NCBI GenBank assembly: GCA_036405975.1
Contig: DASWWM010000013.1
Location: 40,649-104,648, forward strand
DNA from: Minisyncoccota bacterium
Lineage (GTDB): Bacteria; Patescibacteriota; Minisyncoccia; Phycocordibacterales; CAIZLB01
Direction of reading: 5' to 3'
Length of the DNA: 64,000 nt
Below are positions 55,861-61,057 of the stretch, piece by piece (position 1 is the first letter of the stretch; each line of letters starts with the position of its first letter). The position numbers and the translations under genes are program-made. The notes below the pieces were generated by a model. It saw only the letters and a program-made list of their open reading frames with translations, was not told the DNA's origin and did not search any database.

Positions 55861-56280
55861 ATGAGGGAATTCCAGCAGAGAAATAGGACCAGGAAAAGAC
55901 TCTATTCAAAGACGGTATTGCTCGTACTGTTCATTTTCGTCCTCCTTGTTGCTCGAGGCGTCGTAAGCGTGTATTTCAAGGAGCGAGAAAGCCGGGTGGA
56001 AATGGAACGGGCAAATGAGCAGAGGGCCGAGCTTCAGGCACGGTATGACAGGATCAAGGATCGGTCAGACCACCTCCAAAGCGATGCCGGAATCGAGGCA
56101 GAAATCCGAAGCAAGTTCGACGTCATCAAGGAAGGCGAGGGGGTTATCGTGATTGTCGACAAGGAGCTTCCTGTCGTCGAAGAAGACAAGCGGGGTGTCC
56201 TCAAGAAGTTCTGGGATTCGGTCGTCGGCGTCTTTAAAAAGGACGAGGCGACGACGACCGAAGACGGCTCTTCGGAATAA
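55861..56280 (+). CDS. Septum formation initiator-like (FtsB/DivIC) protein
   Basis: Basic N-terminus, TM, coiled coil, GIEAEIRSKFDVIKEGEGVI resembling the DivIC E..AR..L....GE motif. Confidence 0.7.
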   Translation: MREFQQRNRTRKRLYSKTVLLVLFIFVLLVARGVVSVYFKERESRVEMERANEQRAELQARYDRIKDRSDHLQSDAGIEAEIRSKFDVIKEGEGVIVIVDKELPVVEEDKRGVLKKFWDSVVGVFKKDEATTTEDGSSE

Positions 56281-56358
56281 TCATTTGAGCCTTGTGCAGC
56301 AAGGCTCATGCGCTATTTTGTGGCCTAAGAATGCAGGCCGATGTATAATGGGGAAGCT

Positions 56359-56637
56359 ATGACAATAAAAATATACAGCACGCCATCATGCGGTTACTGC
56401 AAGGTCGCGAAGGAATTTCTTACCAGCCACGGAGTCGAATACACTGAAGTTGATGTCGCCGCAGACGTCAATGCCCGGGAAGAAATGGTAGACAAGAGCG
56501 GGCAGCTCGGAGTGCCGGTCTTCGACATCAACGGCCAGATTATTGTCGGATACAATGAGCAGCTTCTTTCGAAGGTTGTCGGAATTGGAGGACAGTCTGC
56601 GGACGCTGCAGCTGGCTCTCAGGCTTCGGCAGAGTAG
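56359..56637 (+). CDS. Glutaredoxin/NrdH-like (YruB family)
   Basis: IYSTPSCGYC, SGQLGVPV, IVGY. Confidence 0.92.
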   Translation: MTIKIYSTPSCGYCKVAKEFLTSHGVEYTEVDVAADVNAREEMVDKSGQLGVPVFDINGQIIVGYNEQLLSKVVGIGGQSADAAAGSQASAE

Positions 56638-56664
56638 TTCCTCATTCTCGGTTCAGCACATCAC

Positions 56665-57069
56665 ATGAAGAAATCAACAACGGTCATCGTCATCATTCTC
56701 GCTCTGCTTTTCGGAGCGTTCGCAACGTACTACGTGTACATGTCCAGGTCTGGAGATCCGAGTACGTGGAATGTCAGGGCTGGCGATCAGGTATACGTTC
56801 ATTTCACATGGACGCTTCCGGATGGGACGGTGGCAGATACAAGCCGTGATGAAAAGGGTCCGTACGGATTCACATCGGGAGTTGGCATGGTCGTTCCCGG
56901 TTTCGACGAAGCCGTGGTTGGAATGAAGATCGGAGAAAGGAAGAGCGTCAAGGTTCCTCCTCAGAAGGCCTTCGATTCTCAGGGCGTCTCAAACGGCCGA
57001 AATGGCTATGCGGTTCCGCCCAATACCACTTTGACTTTGGACGTAGAAGTGCTAAACATAGAGAGGTAA
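56665..57069 (+). CDS. FKBP-type peptidyl-prolyl isomerase, membrane-anchored
   Basis: GDQVYVHF...LPDGTV.DTS, VVPGFDEAVVGMKIGE, VPPNTTL.LDVEVL. Confidence 0.88.
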   Translation: MKKSTTVIVIILALLFGAFATYYVYMSRSGDPSTWNVRAGDQVYVHFTWTLPDGTVADTSRDEKGPYGFTSGVGMVVPGFDEAVVGMKIGERKSVKVPPQKAFDSQGVSNGRNGYAVPPNTTLTLDVEVLNIER

Positions 57070-57102
57070 GTCTCAGTCCATCCTGCGCGTGCGCAGGAAT
57101 AT

Positions 57103-57174
57103 GCCCCCGTAGTTCAATGGATAGAACAGTCCCGTCCTAAGGGGTAGATGTAGGTTCGATTCCTGCCGAGGGCA
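57103..57174 (+). tRNA. tRNA-Arg(CCT)
   Basis: Cloverleaf, anticodon loop GTCCTAA, GGTTCGATTCC; one C-A mismatch in the acceptor stem; CCA not encoded. Confidence 0.9.
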
Positions 57175-57235
57175 CAAGACGAAAAAGAGACAGCTAATAA
57201 TGCTGTCTCTTTTTCTGTCTCTGCGCACCGAAGGA

Positions 57236-57362
57236 GCAAGCAAACTGCTTTGCTTGCGTCAGGAATCGAAGCTGTTTTGAGATATTTTTGAGCCGGCGGA
57301 GCTCGGCGAAATAAAATATCCAAAACGGGTACTGGTCCTGTAAGGACCGATATCCTGCCGAG
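57236..57362 (+). repeat. tRNA-associated multi-hairpin element with anti-T-arm segment and partial tRNA 3' copy
   Basis: gcaagcaaa/tttgcttgc hairpin; caggaatcgaa (57260-57270) is the reverse complement of tRNA 57155-57165; tcctgccgag repeated at 57353-57362. Confidence 0.7.
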
Positions 57363-57425
57363 CCGGTGGCCTTTACTTTGCAACTAGTTTGCCTTACTGT
57401 AGGCGGCAGAAAGGATAATCAAATA

Positions 57426-57647
57426 ATGAGTGAAAACAGTAAGTTCCCAAAATACTTGATGCAGATTGATGACAGGCTCGAATTCCTTCCCATCGAGCAA
57501 GCGTGCATCGCATACAATTCAGGATGGCAAAAGGTCGACTTCGGTTCTTGCGTCATTCTCGGCCCAGATTTTTCTGTCAGAAAAATGACTGACGAAGACA
57601 GACATAAGATCTCGAGGGCCGCTGAAGATCACGATGCGAGCAAGTGA
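57426..57647 (+). CDS. Hypothetical protein
   Basis: 73-aa ORF; GATAAT 6 nt before ATG; hairpin at 57680-57708 downstream. Confidence 0.55.
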   Translation: MSENSKFPKYLMQIDDRLEFLPIEQACIAYNSGWQKVDFGSCVILGPDFSVRKMTDEDRHKISRAAEDHDASK

Positions 57648-57788
57648 GAGTCCCGCTTGGAAAACTCGGTCAAACAAAAGCCCCGGTACACAGATGTTGT
57701 ACCGGGGCGAATTTTATTCGGGCTTCAGGACGCCGAAGATTAAGAAGTTGAGCTATTCTCGTATCCACTTGTCATATATAATGCGCAT

Positions 57789-58730
57789 ATGAACAACTCG
57801 AAGAATCAGCGTCACCAGCCAATCATCATTTCTCCGGAACAGGCGGACTATGCCCTTTTGGATTCCGGCGAGGGCATGAAGCTTGAGCGATACGGCAATG
57901 TGGTGCTTTCTCGACCTGACCCCCAGGCACTTTGGAAGAGGCGTTTGCCTGCAAGTGAATGGAATAAGGCAAACGCCTCATTCGCACGGACTAAAAATGA
58001 CGAGCGCGGCGTCTGGGTGTACCAGCATAAAGACATTGAGAATGGATGGAAGATCAATTACGACAGCCTGACATTCAAGGTCAAGCCGACTCCGTTCAAG
58101 CATACGGGGCTTTTCCAGGAACAGATTTCAAACTGGCAGTGGGCGAGAGAAGTCATCGAAGCCAGAATCAAAGAGCAGGGCGGCCGTTCTGCCGATAAGC
58201 CCATTCGAGTACTGAACCTTTTCGGCTATACCGGTGGCGCGACTATCTCAGCTGCCAAAGCCGGAGCTGAAGTCACTCATGTCGATGCGTCAAAGTCGTC
58301 AATCACATGGGCAAAAGAAAATTCGGAACTCTCCGGACTTTCTGAACGACCCATCCGATGGATTCTCGACGATGCACACGGATTCGTAAAGCGAGAGCTT
58401 CGACGGGGTGCGACATATGATGCAATCATTATGGACCCGCCCGCTTTCGGACGAGGTGCGAAAGGCGAGGTATGGAGAATCGAAGATGATTTCCTGCCAT
58501 TCCTCGAGAATACCTTGAAGCTGCTTTCCGATAAGCCTCTCTTCCTGATCCTTAACGGATATTCAGCTGGCTACTCTCCTCTGACGTATGAAAATAACTT
58601 GATCGAAGTCCAGAGAAAGCACGGTGGGACAGTTGAGAGCGGGGAGCTTGTCATTGAGGAAGAGGCTCAGTCAAACCTTGCCAGGAGGCTTCTTGCCTGC
58701 GGTATGGTCAGCCGGTGGAAGAAGTACTAG
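57789..58730 (+). CDS. Class I SAM-dependent methyltransferase (RlmI/RlmK-like)
   Basis: YALLDSG.G.KLERYG, FKHTGLFQEQ, VLNLFGYTGG, HVDAS, DPPAFGRG. Confidence 0.9.
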   Translation: MNNSKNQRHQPIIISPEQADYALLDSGEGMKLERYGNVVLSRPDPQALWKRRLPASEWNKANASFARTKNDERGVWVYQHKDIENGWKINYDSLTFKVKPTPFKHTGLFQEQISNWQWAREVIEARIKEQGGRSADKPIRVLNLFGYTGGATISAAKAGAEVTHVDASKSSITWAKENSELSGLSERPIRWILDDAHGFVKRELRRGATYDAIIMDPPAFGRGAKGEVWRIEDDFLPFLENTLKLLSDKPLFLILNGYSAGYSPLTYENNLIEVQRKHGGTVESGELVIEEEAQSNLARRLLACGMVSRWKKY

Positions 58731-58832
58731 TCTGGCGAACTTCCACACCAGTGCCCTCTTCAGGTCATGGCCGTTTTGCTGGCCAATATGCAGGGCTGGA
58801 AAAGATGCGTCGGATATGCTAAAGTGCTCGGC

Positions 58833-59096
58833 ATGGACGAACAGATCCAGGAGCTCAATGAGAAGATCGATGAGTTGAGGGAAATTGTCGAAGACAATGC
58901 CCGAATGACCGCAAGCCTTTACAAGCGAGCGAAGTTTGCCATGTATGGAATCATCCTGAAATGGTTCATCATCATCGGTATCACCATTGGGGCCTTCTAC
59001 TACGTCCAGCCGCTCATCGACGGCATCGTCCAGACATATTCTGGATTGACTGGAGGAAGCGGAACTGATTTGTTCAATCTGATCAAGTCGTTCTAA
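58833..59096 (+). CDS. Small hypothetical membrane protein
   Basis: Coiled N-terminus plus TM; TGcTAAAGT 7 nt before ATG. Confidence 0.65.
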   Translation: MDEQIQELNEKIDELREIVEDNARMTASLYKRAKFAMYGIILKWFIIIGITIGAFYYVQPLIDGIVQTYSGLTGGSGTDLFNLIKSF

Positions 59097-59112
59097 AAAA
59101 GAAAAATAGCAT

Positions 59113-59188
59113 GCCGAGATAGCTCAGTTGGTAGAGCATTTCCCTGAAGAGGAAGGGGTCGCCGGTTCGAATCCGGCTCTCGGCACCA
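59113..59188 (+). tRNA. tRNA-Phe(GAA)
   Basis: GCCGAGA/TCTCGGC acceptor stem, loop CTGAAGA, TTCGAAT, encoded CCA. Confidence 0.96.
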
Positions 59189-59193
59189 GATAC

Positions 59194-59238
59194 AAAAGAA
59201 AAACCGCCACGCAAAAAAACAGGGGCGGTTTTTCTTTT
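59194..59238 (+). terminator. Terminator after tRNA-Phe
   Basis: aaaagaaaaaccgcc...ggcggtttttctttt. Confidence 0.7.
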
Positions 59239-59315
59239 TGAGGGTATCGCTATTGCTGCACCTTTTAATCGCGTGGTATGATTAGCCTGCACATTACAAA
59301 TTTCAGAAAAAATCC

Positions 59316-59627
59316 ATGCAAGACAAAGATACAGAGTTTCTCGAATTTATTGTTAAGTCTCTCGTCGAAAACGCAGATGCCGTGAAGACGAGCAGGCGAG
59401 TTGACGATATGGGAGTCTTCGTTGAATTGACTGTAGACCCGGCAGATATGGGAAAGATCATCGGCCGAAACGGTCACACTGCCCAGGCCATCCGAACCAT
59501 CATGAAGGCATTCGGAAAGAAGCATCAGGCAAACATCAGCATCCAGATCAAGGAGCCTGCGGGCGGGACTCGGGACTTCGGATCTCTCAAGACTGTAGAC
59601 AATGCGATTGCGGATTTGAATATGTAG
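59316..59627 (+). CDS. khpA: KH-domain RNA-binding protein KhpA
   Basis: FLEFIVKSLV, DMGKIIGRNGHTAQAIRT. Confidence 0.9.
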   Translation: MQDKDTEFLEFIVKSLVENADAVKTSRRVDDMGVFVELTVDPADMGKIIGRNGHTAQAIRTIMKAFGKKHQANISIQIKEPAGGTRDFGSLKTVDNAIADLNM

Positions 59628-59633
59628 ACCTAA

Positions 59634-59666
59634 GCAAAAGCCCCGGCATATTGCCGGGGCTTTTGC
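59634..59666 (+). terminator. Rho-independent terminator
   Basis: gcaaaagccccggca-tat-tgccggggcttttgc. Confidence 0.8.
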
Positions 59667-59696
59667 ATTTCTATGACGCATACTATACTTATTTGC

Positions 59697-59954
59697 ATGA
59701 AGCTCTTCCTGGTCATCATCATGAACGTCCTTGCCGTGGCACCTATCGTCTATCTTGCGATGTCGCCCGAAGCTATATCCACTCTTTTCTCCGTATCGAC
59801 CGCATCTGTTATTCCGGAAGCGGTCCGGCGCGCATTGCTGCTCGCAATTCCTGCAGTGCTCGCGGTCATTCTCAGTTTTTCCGTGCGCAAGCGTTCGGTC
59901 TCGATCGCTCTTGTCGGTTGGGCGGTCGTCGCCGGCGCCTTCCTGTTTCTGTAG
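59697..59954 (+). CDS. Small hypothetical membrane protein (3 TM)
   Basis: Hydrophobic 85-aa ORF; TATACT 7 nt before ATG. Confidence 0.6.
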   Translation: MKLFLVIIMNVLAVAPIVYLAMSPEAISTLFSVSTASVIPEAVRRALLLAIPAVLAVILSFSVRKRSVSIALVGWAVVAGAFLFL

Positions 59955-60002
59955 GCATGCAGGCTGTGCATGAAGTCATTCCCGTGCTATATTCGCAAAA
60001 AA

Positions 60003-60812
60003 ATGAATTTCCATATCATCACTCTTTTCCCAGAATCGCTCAGCTCATATCTCAATGAGTCTATTGTCGCGCGGGCCCAGAAGCAGAGGCTGATAAAGGT
60101 AAGCACGTACAACCCGCGCGACTTCGTGAAGCCGACGAAGACGCAGGCCAAGAATGAGAAGCCGTATCTTCGAGTTGATGACCGGCCATACGGCGGCGGA
60201 CCTGGAATGGTAATGCTAGTAGAGCCTGTGACGAAGTCGATTCAGAAGGCACTCGCTGCCGCTCAGAAAAGAAAGAGCTTCAAGAGGTCTCTCATCGTAT
60301 TCTTGAGTCCCACAGGTACGCAGTTCACAAATGAACTGGCGAGCGAATATGTGTCTGAATATTCAGACATTGTTATCGTCTGCGGAAGATATGAAGGCAT
60401 CGATGCTCGGATCAAGCAGATTTTCCCGATGGTAGACATCACGGTTGGACCGTTCGTGACGACAGGAGGCGAGCTTCCGGCCATGCTCATGATCGACGTC
60501 ATGGCTCGGCAGATTCCAGGAGTTCTCGGAAAGTTCGAAAGCAGGGAAGAATCACGTATATCATCGAGCGATGTGTATACGCGGCCGGAAGTTTTTAAAT
60601 ACAAGGGCAAGGAGTATGCCGTACCTGAGGTTTTGCTTTCAGGGGATCACAAGAAAATAGACCTCTGGAGGGCTGAGACGGGAGGGGTCAAAAGCGCCGC
60701 CGGCATCGAGCCCGGGCAGCGTGCCGCTGCCCTCGGGAAGCCGGCGGCGCCAGCCAAACCGACCAAAAAGACCCCTGGGTCAAGTGGACAAGTATCCAAG
60801 CCACAGAAATAG
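60003..60812 (+). CDS. trmD: tRNA (guanine-N1)-methyltransferase
   Basis: ITLFPE, VDDRPYGGGPGM, CGRYEGIDAR, GGELPA, YTRP, VPEVLLSGDH; Pro/Lys-rich tail. Confidence 0.96.
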   Translation: MNFHIITLFPESLSSYLNESIVARAQKQRLIKVSTYNPRDFVKPTKTQAKNEKPYLRVDDRPYGGGPGMVMLVEPVTKSIQKALAAAQKRKSFKRSLIVFLSPTGTQFTNELASEYVSEYSDIVIVCGRYEGIDARIKQIFPMVDITVGPFVTTGGELPAMLMIDVMARQIPGVLGKFESREESRISSSDVYTRPEVFKYKGKEYAVPEVLLSGDHKKIDLWRAETGGVKSAAGIEPGQRAAALGKPAAPAKPTKKTPGSSGQVSKPQK

Positions 60813-60858
60813 CCATCCGTACCCCCTAAGTTACCCCTCGGATGTCAACAGTTTTGCG

Positions 60859-60887
60859 TTGACACCTGTGGATAAATCCTTTAATAT
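60859..60887 (+). promoter_or_regulatory. rpoB promoter with a DnaA box in the spacer
   Basis: TTGACA-17 nt-TAATAT; TGTGGATAA (reverse complement of TTATCCACA) at 60867-60875. Confidence 0.7.
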
Positions 60888-60996
60888 TAAGTTCCTGCGT
60901 TAGACGATTGAGTTATACGGGCAGCTCTTTCGCGGACATTCATTTTTTCTTCAGAGAATCGCCCGACTTTCTGAAGAGGAATTGAATTCAAACTCC

Positions 60997-61027
60997 TGCT
61001 ATTACTGGGAAACTAATAGCATTTTTT
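60997..61027 (+). terminator. Attenuator-like hairpin in the rpoB leader
   Basis: tgctatta-ctgggaaac-taatagca-tttttt, 30 nt before the rpoB ATG. Confidence 0.5.
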
Positions 61028-61057
61028 ACATATCCCACTTAACCCAGACGCTTGCAT

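Noticed and set aside
60867-60875. Replication origin at the DnaA box
   Set aside because: Only one perfect box; no cluster, and no dnaA/dnaN nearby
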